Virus record (IMG/VR): IMGVR_UViG_3300008117_000079
DNA: 64,000 nucleotides
Source of the DNA: a virus
Reading direction: 5' to 3' (one strand)
How positions within the stretch are numbered: the stretch's first letter is position 1; the number at the start of each line of letters is the position of its first letter. The position numbers were made by a program, and so were the translations under genes. Below the pieces are notes generated by a model, which saw only the letters and a program-made list of their open reading frames with translations, did not search any database and was not told the origin of the DNA. Positions 35,803-45,895 of this stretch are shown one piece after another.

Positions 35803-37176
35803 TTATATTTTACCATCTTTAATTTTTCTAATACCAGTTTGATTACCTTCTTTATCATAATCATAAAAATCACCATTCTGTAGTATTGGTCCTTGTGAAC
35901 CCTTTCTAAAAATACCTTTAGCGTATATTTTTAATGTTCCTGATGGGTCTTGTTTGTCATAGTAATTACCCTTAAGGTCCGTATAGAAAGTATACTCTTT
36001 ACTGGGGTCCAAAGTAGCGTTTAAATTGGGCCAAGTTACTGGTTTAATTGTTATTATTGATTTTTCTGGTTCTTTTTTACCACAAATAATACTAGCAACC
36101 CATTTTGTACCACCAATAGGTGCGACAACGTCAACAAAATATTCTTTGTTTGGTTCTGCTTTAAATGTGATTGTACCTGTGTCCATTGTTTTTATAGTTT
36201 GACCACCACCGAATAAATAATTAAGTTCACTACTAATTAAACCTAAATTTCTATCATCAGGAACTGTTGTAACAAACCCAGTATCACCTTTTGTTGTAAA
36301 TTGGTTTGTTGTTGGGTCATACTCTTTTATTATAAACCTATCTGGAATTGCAAATGAGTTGTAATTTATTGTTACATCACCATTATAATTTTCTAAATCA
36401 ATTTTTAATCTATCCGCAATATATTCTGGCGCCCTTCCAGAATTACCTGTCGCGTCGGCTCTAGAGTTACATTTTGATCTTATGGACGGTTTTTTTGGGT
36501 CTGGAATGTATGTTTTATTTGTTTTAACATAATCATCTTTAAAGATTTTGTTTGTTTCAAAGTTAGTCATAACACTAGTTGGTATTTGAACTATTACTTT
36601 TTTTTCTGGTAGGTTTGTGACTACCTCAATATTAACATCCTTTAGTTTAGGAATTAAGCTTTTTAAAATCCAGGACATAAAATTTGCTCTATTTATTGCT
36701 AGAACCTTATTACTAATAGTTACTTTAATTTGTTGATTAAAAGCAGTTGCTGTTTGATTACCAGTCGTTGAGTTATATGAATAATTAACAATTGACTGGT
36801 TGTATCCTTCTGGGACATTCGCTGTCGCCCTAACATCTGAAGCACCACTACTAATCCTAATTGTACCTATCTTTATATTGTTTTCAAGACGAGTCTTTAA
36901 TCTAGTGATAAATTCAACCAAGTCTTGATTTAAATTACTTAAGTTTAAAACATCTTGAACACTGTTTATTGTTGAATTTGGTCTTATTGGAAAAGCAATG
37001 TTATCCGGATAAGAATTTGAAAAGTCAAACGTTTCAAAAGTTTCTTCTTGTTCCATTATTAAATCACCATATTTAAAATCTACAAGTGATTTAATTCTTT
37101 TTATTTCTTCTAGTAAATTAATTTTTTTGTTGTCCATAGAAAATATTATATATACTATAAATAAAACAAAAAACAA
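35803..37176 (-). CDS. hypothetical membrane-anchored protein
   Basis: 457-aa ORF with N-terminal hydrophobic segment MFFVLFIVYIIFS; no motif. Confidence 0.45.
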   Translation of the reverse strand: MFFVLFIVYIIFSMDNKKINLLEEIKRIKSLVDFKYGDLIMEQEETFETFDFSNSYPDNIAFPIRPNSTINSVQDVLNLSNLNQDLVEFITRLKTRLENNIKIGTIRISSGASDVRATANVPEGYNQSIVNYSYNSTTGNQTATAFNQQIKVTISNKVLAINRANFMSWILKSLIPKLKDVNIEVVTNLPEKKVIVQIPTSVMTNFETNKIFKDDYVKTNKTYIPDPKKPSIRSKCNSRADATGNSGRAPEYIADRLKIDLENYNGDVTINYNSFAIPDRFIIKEYDPTTNQFTTKGDTGFVTTVPDDRNLGLISSELNYLFGGGQTIKTMDTGTITFKAEPNKEYFVDVVAPIGGTKWVASIICGKKEPEKSIITIKPVTWPNLNATLDPSKEYTFYTDLKGNYYDKQDPSGTLKIYAKGIFRKGSQGPILQNGDFYDYDKEGNQTGIRKIKDGKI

Positions 37177-37250
37177 AAAAAGTATATTTCTTTTTGTAAA
37201 TTAAATAATTTGTTTATATTTGTAGAAATAATCATTTAATAAAACTCGTT

Positions 37251-37649
37251 ATGAAAAATATTATTATTTCTTTTGTCTTTACGTTTTGTTCTTTTGTTGG
37301 ATTTTCCCAAAAGGATACAAATATAATTGACTTGTCTGTTGTTTCACCAGCTTTATTTTCGTATTGTGATAGCTCAATTAACTTAGATTATAAAAACTTT
37401 AAAATACCACAATCTAACGATAAAAATGGAATTGAGTTGTTTGAAGCTGCAATCCAAAAGGAATTTAGTTTGGATAAGTATAAGGCTTATGTAATTACTT
37501 ATAATGGTAACACCGAATACATTTCTGATATCTGGTTGGAGGTTGGTAATGGTGATGATAGTGTAATTATACCTTTTTGTTCTATCATTAAAATTAAAAA
37601 TAAAAAGACTTTAACTGAGGAGTACACTAAAGTCTTTTCAGTTCTTTAA
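37251..37649 (+). CDS. small secreted protein (signal peptide ending FSQ)
   Basis: 132-aa ORF with N-terminus MKNIIISFVFTFCSFVGFSQ; one of few plus-strand genes. Confidence 0.4.
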   Translation: MKNIIISFVFTFCSFVGFSQKDTNIIDLSVVSPALFSYCDSSINLDYKNFKIPQSNDKNGIELFEAAIQKEFSLDKYKAYVITYNGNTEYISDIWLEVGNGDDSVIIPFCSIIKIKNKKTLTEEYTKVFSVL

Positions 37650-37652
37650 TAA

Positions 37653-38264
37653 TTACTTATCAGTTACGTCAGGTTCTAAGGTAATAAATCTAATAACACC
37701 AACTGGGGATGTAACATTTGTATTTTTAGTTTTATTATTAACGTGATACTCAACCTTTCCATTTGGGAAAACCGCTAAATAAGGTTTCTCATACGGATTA
37801 GGTTCATTTGGTGCCGCTGATAGTAAATATAATTTAACGTCACTTGTTTGAACATTTGCTTTACCGGGTTGTATATTATTGATTGTAAATGTAAGGTTGT
37901 CAACTAAATTTGATTTTGAAAATGGGTAGTTAATATTGTTAAACAAATAAGCCTTTTTACCAACTGCATTATAGTATGTTAAATCTCCATTTGAAACTCT
38001 TTCACCTGTGTGGTAATATTCTAAAAATCTATCATAATTTTCAGCGCTTAATTGCTCCTCATAGCTTCTCTGTTGTGGATCTTCATTTCTTGTTTTTGCA
38101 GACCACCCAGTGTCCTCAGCCCAATTCGTAAAATCACTTCCAGTTTGCTCAACTAAGTACTGTCTATTTGTTGCGGATTGGTGCATCTCAAGAATTCTTT
38201 GTCTTTCAGAATCATCTATAGTAAATAAGTTCTTATTCATAGTTTTTTTATTATAAATATACAC
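37653..38264 (-). CDS. hypothetical protein
   Basis: 203-aa ORF, convergent with 37251..37649. Confidence 0.4.
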   Translation of the reverse strand: MYIYNKKTMNKNLFTIDDSERQRILEMHQSATNRQYLVEQTGSDFTNWAEDTGWSAKTRNEDPQQRSYEEQLSAENYDRFLEYYHTGERVSNGDLTYYNAVGKKAYLFNNINYPFSKSNLVDNLTFTINNIQPGKANVQTSDVKLYLLSAAPNEPNPYEKPYLAVFPNGKVEYHVNNKTKNTNVTSPVGVIRFITLEPDVTDK

Positions 38265-38266
38265 AT

Positions 38267-38290
38267 AAAAAAAAACCTCCGAAGAGGTCC
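38267..38290 (-). terminator. rho-independent terminator after UVR-protein gene
   Basis: Minus strand: GGACCTCTTCGGAGGTT followed by nine T residues. Confidence 0.6.
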
Positions 38291-38293
38291 TTA

Positions 38294-38677
38294 TTATTTT
38301 AACGATTTTATTTTGTCTCGGAGTTCAATACACTTTTCAAAGTCTTGGTTTTGAATGTGACTTTTTAACTCGTCGTTTAACTTTTTAATTTCTTCTTGGT
38401 TTTGTTCAAGATTTTTAATCTTATCCCTTAACTCAACCGCAAGTTCAAACTCTTGATTCTCAATTACCATATCAAGTTTTTGTTTTAATTCATCAATCTC
38501 ATTTCTATTTTTTCCATTTTTAATGTAGACAACGTTTACTGACCCATCTTCGTTTGTGTAAACCCTTTTCTCAAGGTTATTATCACCAGTTAAAAACTGA
38601 TCAAAGTTAAAGGACTCATTTCTAGAAAAAAAGTCGTCAAATAATCTGTTAAATTTGTTAAAATTAAATCTATCCAT
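38294..38677 (-). CDS. small protein with two UVR (UvrB/UvrC-type) motifs
   Basis: Two copies of a UVR-like helix: ENQEFELAVELRDKIKNLE and QNQDFEKCIELRDKIKSLK (cf. the EFExAAxLRDxI consensus). Divergently oriented to the ClpC-like gene. Confidence 0.5.
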   Translation of the reverse strand: MDRFNFNKFNRLFDDFFSRNESFNFDQFLTGDNNLEKRVYTNEDGSVNVVYIKNGKNRNEIDELKQKLDMVIENQEFELAVELRDKIKNLEQNQEEIKKLNDELKSHIQNQDFEKCIELRDKIKSLK

Positions 38678-38836
38678 TTTTTATTTTTTTATTTGGTTTA
38701 TTTTGGTTAATATTTATACTAAAAGGATACCAAAATTTATAAACCTGACATTTTGTCATATAACACAAGACATTATGACATTGTGTCAATACTTTACTAA
38801 AAAAATAAAAATTACTAAATTTAAATAAAAAACATT

Positions 38837-40882
38837 ATGGCAATAGAATTCATTGATGACAACGACAAGAACAAGAAAAAAAGTGATAGTGGAACTCCGG
38901 TTCTAGACAACTTTAGTAAAGACTTAAATAAGTTAGCTCAAGAAGGTAAATTAGACCCTGTAATAGGTAGAGAAGATGAAATTATTAGAATTGCACAAAT
39001 TTTATCTAGAAGAAAGAAAAACAACCCTATTATTATCGGTGAACCAGGTTGTGGTAAAACAGCAATTGTAGAAGGGTTGGCAATGATGATTCATAGTGGT
39101 GAATGTCCTAAAAATCTTTCAGAGAAAAGAATTGTTTCCCTTGAGATGAATTCAATTGTTGCCGGTACAAAATATCGTGGACAATTTGAGGAAAGAATGA
39201 AAGTAATAATTGAGGAACTTCAAAGTAATCCAAACATTATTCTTTTTATTGATGAGATTCATACAATGGTTGGTGCTGGTAATAGTTCTGGTTCACTTGA
39301 TGCCTCAAACATCTTTAAACCGGCCCTTTCTAGGGGTGAAATCCAATGTATTGGTGCTACAACCCTTGATGAATATAGAAAGCATTTTGAGAAGGATGGA
39401 GCTCTTGAGAGAAGATTCCAGAAAGTAATTGTAGAACCATCAACAAAGGCTGAAACTTTTCAAATTTTAAAAAATAGTAAAGAAAAGTATGAAGAACATC
39501 ACAAGGTAACATATTCAGACGAATCACTTCTTTTATGTGTAGAACTTGCCGATAGATATATTACAGATCGTGAGTTTCCGGATAAAGCTTTTGATATTAT
39601 TGATGAGGTTGGGTCAAGAATGCAAATTGATATTAAACTTCCTGAAAGTATTGAAAATCTAAAACAAGAACTTCTTGAAATTAAAAAGGAGAAGTCTGAC
39701 GTTATAAAAAAACAGAAATACGAAATGGCTGCTGAGTTAAGGGACCGGGAAAAATCAGTAATGTCATCACTTGATGCCGAAAGATTAAAATTTGAGGAAG
39801 AACTTAGAAATAGTAAAAGAGTAATTCCGGAAGATTTAATTTATGAGGTTGTTTCTAAAATGACTAAAATCCCGGTAAGCAAAATTAATGTTGACGAGAA
39901 AAACTCTCTTGTTAATTTAGAGAACGCACTAAATAGCTATGTAATTGGTCAGGCTGAAGCGGTAACAAAAATATCAAAATCCATTAGAAGAAATAGAATT
40001 GGAATTAAGGACCCAAATAGACCAATTGGTTCATTTATCTTCCTTGGGTCAACCGGTGTTGGTAAAACATATCTTGCAAAGAAACTAGCAAAAGAAATTT
40101 TTGGTAGTGAAGATAGTTTGATTCGTGTTGATATGTCTGAATATCAGGAAAAACATACTATATCAAGGCTTATCGGTTCTCCTCCAGGATATGTTGGTCA
40201 CGAAGAGGGTGGACAGCTTACAGAACAGGTTAAAAATAAACCATACTCTGTTATCTTATTTGATGAGATTGAAAAGGCAAATAAAGATATCTTCTCAACA
40301 CTTCTTCAAATGCTTGATGACGGGCATATGACCGACGGACTTGGAAGAAAAATTAACTTCAAAAATTGTTTAATTATTATGACATCAAATATTGGTGTTA
40401 GAAAATTACAGGATTTTGGAACTGGAGTTGGGTTTAAATCAAATAGTAGTGAAGCAGTAAGAGAAGAAGAAAAAAGAGATATCCTCAAAAAAGAATTAAG
40501 TAAGTTCTTCGCTCCAGAATTCCTAAATAGAATTGATGACGTTATTGTCTTTAACTCGCTTAAAAAAGAGCACGTTGACCGGATTGTTAAAATTGAAATT
40601 GAGAAGTTAGTTAACAGAATTGAGTCAATGAAATATAAAATTACATACGATGAGTCAGTTGTTGAATTGATATCTGAGGTTGGGTTTGATGAACAATTTG
40701 GTGCAAGACCAATTAAAAGGGCAATCCAGGATAAAATTGAAGACCTTATCTCTGAGAAAATATTACTAAATGAAGTTCTAGAAGATGTTGATTATAAATT
40801 GACAGTTGTAGATAAGGAAATTAAGATTGATGTTCTTATTGAGAATAAACCTAAAAGGGGTAGAAAGAAAAAGGAGGGTTAA
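38837..40882 (+). CDS. ClpC/ClpA-family AAA+ chaperone ATPase (two nucleotide-binding domains, no Clp_N domain)
   Basis: D1 Walker [30 protein letters not shown] Walker B. Internal UVR-like linker motif [15 protein letters not shown] as in ClpC. D2 Walker [25 protein letters not shown]. Starts directly at D1, so the N-terminal double Clp_N repeat is absent. Confidence 0.85.
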   Translation: MAIEFIDDNDKNKKKSDSGTPVLDNFSKDLNKLAQEGKLDPVIGREDEIIRIAQILSRRKKNNPIIIGEPGCGKTAIVEGLAMMIHSGECPKNLSEKRIVSLEMNSIVAGTKYRGQFEERMKVIIEELQSNPNIILFIDEIHTMVGAGNSSGSLDASNIFKPALSRGEIQCIGATTLDEYRKHFEKDGALERRFQKVIVEPSTKAETFQILKNSKEKYEEHHKVTYSDESLLLCVELADRYITDREFPDKAFDIIDEVGSRMQIDIKLPESIENLKQELLEIKKEKSDVIKKQKYEMAAELRDREKSVMSSLDAERLKFEEELRNSKRVIPEDLIYEVVSKMTKIPVSKINVDEKNSLVNLENALNSYVIGQAEAVTKISKSIRRNRIGIKDPNRPIGSFIFLGSTGVGKTYLAKKLAKEIFGSEDSLIRVDMSEYQEKHTISRLIGSPPGYVGHEEGGQLTEQVKNKPYSVILFDEIEKANKDIFSTLLQMLDDGHMTDGLGRKINFKNCLIIMTSNIGVRKLQDFGTGVGFKSNSSEAVREEEKRDILKKELSKFFAPEFLNRIDDVIVFNSLKKEHVDRIVKIEIEKLVNRIESMKYKITYDESVVELISEVGFDEQFGARPIKRAIQDKIEDLISEKILLNEVLEDVDYKLTVVDKEIKIDVLIENKPKRGRKKKEG

Positions 40883-40898
40883 AAACCCTCCTTTTTTA
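40872..40898 (+). terminator. rho-independent terminator after ClpC-like gene
   Basis: GGAGGGTTAAAAACCCTCC hairpin followed by TTTTTT. Confidence 0.6.
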
Positions 40899-41681
40899 AT
40901 GTTTGGTATAACCAAGTTCCTCAATCATTAACTTACCTACCTTTATTCCGTTGTATGTATCATCAATAACAACGTACTCATTTCTTGTGTGGTAGTTGTA
41001 ATAACCAATTGAGATATTAAAACAAGATATCTTATATCTTTGATTTAAAGGATAAATATCCGTATATGGATGTCTATGGTATTTTGTGTCCTTTGGGAAA
41101 TGTTCTGTAATCAACCTTCCACCAACCTTAAAGAAATCACTATCCCGGGTAAACATTGGCGCACTCATAAGAAACTCAGAAATCATATTATTTTCTGGTG
41201 CATCAAACTGAATAACATAACCCACGTTTTCAAAGAAAGCCGAATCTGAGTTAAATGACCCTTTACATCCAGTTTCTTCAGCAACAAAGAACGCAGCTTT
41301 TAGGTTTGGCATTTCCTCAAGAAGTTCAAGACAGGCAAATACGCCACATTTATCATCACCACCAATACCGGTTGGTTCTCCTTTATCGTTATAAGCTTTA
41401 AGTGCTAGTTTTATCTCTTTCTGTGCGTTTGGAAGCATCTCCTCAACGACATTTATTGTATCAATATTGTGAACAGTGTCTGTGTGGGCTACAACACAAG
41501 GAAAATACTCAATATTGGTATCTGTTTGTTTTGTAGCATATACATTATAGTATTGGTCCAGATAAAATGGAATATTCTTTGACTCAAGCCAGTCAACAAT
41601 AAACTCAATCATTAAATCTTCCTGGTAGGTCTTAGTCGGAACCGAAAGGACCTTTTTTAGTAATTCAAAATTTCTTTCCAT
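40896..41681 (-). CDS. clan MH metallopeptidase-like protein (M20/M42-type motifs), short form
   Basis: Motif order CVVAHTDTVH ... GIGGDDKCGV ... VAEETGCKGS ... YNYHTRNE fits the His / Asp-Asp / Glu-Glu / His metal-ligand arrangement of M20/M28/M42 peptidases; 261 aa is shorter than typical. Confidence 0.5.
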   Translation of the reverse strand: MERNFELLKKVLSVPTKTYQEDLMIEFIVDWLESKNIPFYLDQYYNVYATKQTDTNIEYFPCVVAHTDTVHNIDTINVVEEMLPNAQKEIKLALKAYNDKGEPTGIGGDDKCGVFACLELLEEMPNLKAAFFVAEETGCKGSFNSDSAFFENVGYVIQFDAPENNMISEFLMSAPMFTRDSDFFKVGGRLITEHFPKDTKYHRHPYTDIYPLNQRYKISCFNISIGYYNYHTRNEYVVIDDTYNGIKVGKLMIEELGYTKH

Positions 41682-41709
41682 AGCCCAAATATAATAAACT
41701 TATTTGATA

Positions 41710-42744
41710 CTACAAAATTCTATTTAAAATATCTTTAACACTTTCAAATAATTCTGGGTGGTATAAATTTAAATAAAGATCCTCAAGATTGTCAACACTT
41801 CTTTTTTCCATCTTACCACCTTTTTTATATAATTTAAAAACTAGTTGTCCGGTATGTGGATCAATACTATCAAATATAACAGATATTTCCTTTTCTTTTA
41901 AATCAAGCATTTTATTGAACCCTCCAAGTTTTACAACAACATCATATATTTTTTGAAACTCGTCGTGAACCCCTTCTTCTTCAATTATCTCAATTATTTT
42001 GTCAAGTTCGTGACTAATCTCCATTTGGACTCCTTCTGAATCATAGTCATCACAAAATGAGTTATATCTAATCTCTTCCCAACCACCAATATCACTTTTT
42101 GGGTTATATTTTTCAAATAAAGATTTAAGAAGATGTTTAATATCATCATCTTCCATTTTTAACATTCTATACCAATTAAGTAAAATACCAACTGTTGTTT
42201 TAAATCTGGATCCGTGCCATACTTCAATAATTCCAAATCTATCAAATGGTTTTTCTGTTTCTCGTCTTATAATTTCTTTAGCCCCATCAATTTGACATCT
42301 TTCATTTTCATTTGCATATGCCGAAATGATATTTTCTACTTGATCTTCATAAATCCCAAGTATTCCATTTAAAATATCACTTCTTACTGAAGTTTTTGGT
42401 GAAAGTGATAGTCTTACAATTTTTTCAAATTTTTCTTTATTCTCATTGTTAAAACCATCTAAAATGTATCCTTCTTTCCATTCATCTCTATAGGTATACC
42501 AATCCCAGTCACTAGAGTCGCCATACATTATATAGTTATATGTCCAGGCGTCATTTTCATCAACACCTAATATCTCTAGGAAGTCACTGTCCTTATCAAA
42601 ATCTAAAGTAATTTGTGATGCCAATGGGTTTTTTTCGTTAATACGAATATCGTGGATTAAGTCATCCGGGTAATTCCATCTATTATACCCTGAGTCCTCA
42701 CCTTTTGCAATTTGTTTTAAAAATTCGTATGTATTTGTTGGCAT
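41710..42744 (-). CDS. hypothetical protein
   Basis: 344-aa acidic ORF; no motif. Confidence 0.45.
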   Translation of the reverse strand: MPTNTYEFLKQIAKGEDSGYNRWNYPDDLIHDIRINEKNPLASQITLDFDKDSDFLEILGVDENDAWTYNYIMYGDSSDWDWYTYRDEWKEGYILDGFNNENKEKFEKIVRLSLSPKTSVRSDILNGILGIYEDQVENIISAYANENERCQIDGAKEIIRRETEKPFDRFGIIEVWHGSRFKTTVGILLNWYRMLKMEDDDIKHLLKSLFEKYNPKSDIGGWEEIRYNSFCDDYDSEGVQMEISHELDKIIEIIEEEGVHDEFQKIYDVVVKLGGFNKMLDLKEKEISVIFDSIDPHTGQLVFKLYKKGGKMEKRSVDNLEDLYLNLYHPELFESVKDILNRIL

Positions 42745-42810
42745 ATAGTATAAATATGTTTATATTTGTATTTATATATAGTTCTTTGATAATAGTCATT
42801 TACAATATAC

Positions 42811-43201
42811 GGGGATGTATTGGATTTGACAGGCGTTGGTTGAATAAAAGGAGCATGTCGGGACTGAATTAATCTCGTTAAAAACTGATTCACTTTTTAA
42901 ATGGCAATGTGCTAAACAAAATGGAAGCTGTTGGGTTAATCCGCACTTCTGAGGTTGCTGTAGCGTAATCGCAACAAAAACCGGGGGCCGGCAGACATAT
43001 AGCCTAGCAACAGAAGTCGTAGTTTTATAGAGCAACCTGGTCGGCTCTCTAAATCCGGATTAGAAACCATTGGTTGTTGATTTACGATGGAAAAGAACAA
43101 ATCAACTATTTTGGGGTATTAGAAAATACCAACCTAAGCATGTAGTGGTCTTTTAAACAAGACGAGCTGGACCGGGGAGTCGGAGCCCCGCATCTCCACC
43201 A
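42811..43201 (+). ncRNA. ssrA: tmRNA (SsrA-like transfer-messenger RNA), CCA encoded
   Basis: 5' end GGGGATGTATTGGATTTGACAGGCG parallels the canonical tmRNA 5' end GGGGCTGATTCTGGATTCGACGGG. 3' end ...CGGGGAGTCGGAGCCCCGCATCTCCACCA gives a T-arm plus 7-bp acceptor pairing with the 5' GGGGATG and an encoded CCA. An internal ORF AAT GTG ... GTT GCT GTA GCG TAA (NVLNKMEAVGLIRTSEVAVA*) has its stop inside a hairpin (GTTGC TGTAGCGTAATC GCAAC), as helix 5 does in tmRNAs. ~390 nt length typical. Confidence 0.6.
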
Positions 43202-43208
43202 ATTAATA

Positions 43209-43235
43209 ACCTCATCATACGATGGGGTTTTTTTA
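43209..43235 (+). terminator. rho-independent terminator after tmRNA
   Basis: CCTCATCATACGATGGGG hairpin followed by TTTTTTT. Confidence 0.55.
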
Positions 43236-44316
43236 TGTCTTAAAATTATATATTATTGCTGTACGATTTCTATATTTTTGTGTAAACAAAAAAAGGGATC
43301 AGTTTCCTGTCCCTACTAATTTTTTTTGTCTTATAAGATTAAACCTAAAAAGAACGTTGAGATTACACGTTTTATTGAGAACCTTTAGAGTCATTATTTA
43401 TTCTACTCCTATCCACTTCCTTTTGAGAAGTATTTCTCAGTGACGGTCACTTAGGGGAACCACTCCTTGAGATTTGGACTACTCTCACCTTACTTGACTC
43501 TTTCCGAGGATGCCTCCCCAGTTCGTCCTTGCGGGACTAAAGGTTTTTCGGATAATTACACTTAGACTTGGGATCCTTGTGTGCAATGAACGGCTCATTA
43601 CTATGTAGTCACCTTTCATCCAAACCTGACGGACACTTTTCCTTTCTGATTAAATTAATTTCATAATTTTTTCTTAGGTTTTTGTGTCGTGGATTATGAA
43701 AGTAGTGGTCCGCCACCAGAGCCAGCTCATCTTTTGAACGAGCCGATACTCAACTACTCTCTGAAATGTCCCCATCTCAATATTTTAAGATTACTTCGTG
43801 ACTTATGCCTTGGTAGGCAAGGGTCAAGGATAATGTCAGCACCACCTGTTTGTTATCATACCTTTCGGTTTTAAGTATCCTCTGATATTGGGACACGCAA
43901 TAATAAAATTGGATAATCTTATTTTTTGCAATATCCCTACGAGTTATTCCTATTGGTGTTCCCACCTCAACCGGACGACCCACATCGCCCAATCATCTAA
44001 CCACTTTCCCTACAGCGTTGCCCTCGGTACTAAAGGTTAAACGGTATCCCGCTTGTATACTTAAGTTCGGTTACCCAAACCGCAGATCAGTTACACTACT
44101 GACCCACTTTATCCTGGTTTCCCAGTTTATTTATTGACTATATACGGCCAAATATCTTTATCAGTTTGTTACTCAGAATCAACCGCAAGGATTTCATCAT
44201 CAAACATTCTGAATGGATATTCTAATTTTTCAAAGAACGATTTCGGACGTTTCCGAATTTGTTTTACAAAGTTACGACACTTTTTTCAGTTTGTCAAGTA
44301 CTTTATGAACTTTTTT

Positions 44317-44475
44317 TTAATTTTTTTCTGTGTAGACATCATAAGTCCCAAAATGGTATGCTCTAAGTTTCGCAAATTCCTGGTTGGGAGTCCAAAGTAG
44401 GTTCCCAGCAGAATCACGATACCCAAACATTTGGGGTTCCTTATTTTCTACTTCATTAAAATTATCTTCTGACAT
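44317..44475 (-). CDS. small hypothetical protein (52 aa)
   Basis: ATG-initiated minus-strand ORF MSEDNFNEVENKEPQMFGYRDSAGNLLWTPNQEFAKLRAYHFGTYDVYTEKN with protein-like composition; below the ORF-track size cutoff. Confidence 0.25.
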   Translation of the reverse strand: MSEDNFNEVENKEPQMFGYRDSAGNLLWTPNQEFAKLRAYHFGTYDVYTEKN

Positions 44476-44566
44476 CTTAATGTGGTTTTAAGGGTTAATA
44501 AATTAAAGAACTATCTGTTTTAAATACATTACAAAGTTATGATAAATATTTTGATTTGACAAGAAG

Positions 44567-45250
44567 TTAGAGAATTTTTTTAATAATTTTTTTTAATCTC
44601 TCATTTTGTTCCCACATTCCCTTATCGGATGCTTCGTATTCCTTCTCAACATCGGCAGCCATTTTTTTGAATAACTTGATTGTTTCTGATTTGTCCAACA
44701 AATCCCCAACTGGTTTAAGGACATAATCATTAGCGATACTCATTAGTGTTGCCGCTAAACCATCATCACTCAAATCTTTTTTATTTTCCTTACCACCAAA
44801 ACCTTTTGTGATTGGTGCTCCATTAATGTATGGTTCTGGATTTACCCAACCACCAGTAACTGATTTTCTTATCTCAAAATGTAAATGTGGTCCTGTTGAC
44901 ATACCCCCACCACCAGAAATACCCTGACCTCCACCGGATTCGGCAATTTTCTCTCCTTTTTTAACCTTATCACCAACATCAACAAGTCTTTTTGTTAAAT
45001 GTGCATAACAAGAAAAAAAGGTTTCACCATCAACATTATGTTTTACAATAATAAAATTTCCATACCCATTTTTGTCTTTCATATCTGATCTAACAACCTC
45101 ACCGTTAGCGACTGATATAACACTTGTTCCGTCTGGAATACCAATATCAATACCATTATGGTGAATAGTGCTACCTTTAACCGGGTGCTTTCTATTCCCA
45201 AATCCAGATGTTTTAACTCCTTTTTTTTCTAATGGATAGACTAAATTCAT
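44567..45250 (-). CDS. M23 (LytM-type) peptidoglycan endopeptidase
   Basis: HNGIDIGIPDGTSVISVANGEVV ... GYGNFIIVKHN ... SGGGGMSTGPHLHFEIR shows the HxxxD and HxH zinc motifs of peptidase M23. Confidence 0.8.
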   Translation of the reverse strand: MNLVYPLEKKGVKTSGFGNRKHPVKGSTIHHNGIDIGIPDGTSVISVANGEVVRSDMKDKNGYGNFIIVKHNVDGETFFSCYAHLTKRLVDVGDKVKKGEKIAESGGGQGISGGGGMSTGPHLHFEIRKSVTGGWVNPEPYINGAPITKGFGGKENKKDLSDDGLAATLMSIANDYVLKPVGDLLDKSETIKLFKKMAADVEKEYEASDKGMWEQNERLKKIIKKIL

Positions 45251-45280
45251 ACTACAATAAATATACTAAGATTGTAAAAA

Positions 45281-45892
45281 TTATTGATTTAAATGGTTCA
45301 TTAAAACACCACCCAAAGATGATGCGTGAACCTGAAGATGATTTATTGATTCAATATTAAGTTTTGTTTTCTTTTTTGTGTAATCAAGACCTAATGTACC
45401 AATAAATTTTTCATCAATTGTTTTAATTGCAAATAAATAACCAGATTTACAGCCAGTGTCTTCGGCAATATACTTAAGACCGAAAGTTGCAATTGTTTCA
45501 TCTTTATAATCTGTAATTTCAATAACGTCATTTACAAGTAATTCATTGATTGATTTTGAAAATAGATTAACTGGTATATTATGAAAGTTTGACTGCACTG
45601 AGGATATTCCAGGGTTTACAGCTTCATATATTATTGAGAATTTTGCCATTGATTTTCCAGTTGGGTAAAAGTTGCCTCCATTATGAAATTGAGTAACCCA
45701 AACACGATCAGCATTAAACTCTTCTTTAATATGTTCTATTTTTTGATTTACAAGTTCAGAAACTTTAAGTGTTTCTCTAACCATATCCGGTTTCTTTTTT
45801 TTCTTATCAAAATAGTTTTTAATAAGTAGGATTGAAATCGGTCCCAAGACTCCAGTTATAAAAGCAATAATTATTCCAGATAAATTCTCCAT
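45281..45892 (-). CDS. membrane-anchored protein in lysis cassette (N-terminal TM helix)
   Basis: N-terminus MENLSGIIIAFITGVLGPISILLIKNYF followed by a soluble domain; lies between the M23 peptidase and the muramidase-like gene. Confidence 0.4.
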   Translation of the reverse strand: MENLSGIIIAFITGVLGPISILLIKNYFDKKKKKPDMVRETLKVSELVNQKIEHIKEEFNADRVWVTQFHNGGNFYPTGKSMAKFSIIYEAVNPGISSVQSNFHNIPVNLFSKSINELLVNDVIEITDYKDETIATFGLKYIAEDTGCKSGYLFAIKTIDEKFIGTLGLDYTKKKTKLNIESINHLQVHASSLGGVLMNHLNQ

Positions 45893-45895
45893 ACT

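Noticed and set aside
42796-43035. Minus-strand ORF 42796..43035 (79 aa)
   Set aside because: Lies antisense within the tmRNA gene; Cys/Pro-rich product with no coding character.
42811-43201. tmRNA as a host ssrA gene marking a prophage integration site
   Set aside because: ssrA is a classic attB, but here it is surrounded on both sides by phage-like genes (ClpC-like/peptidase upstream, lysis genes and a tRNA island downstream) with no integrase nearby; treated as phage-encoded.
43222-44400. Short ORFs 43222..43443(+), 43689..43874(+), 43777..43992(-), 44134..44400(+)
   Set aside because: Located in the GC-elevated ORF-poor block; products are Arg/Leu/Cys-rich with no motifs; more likely chance frames over structured RNA or decayed sequence.
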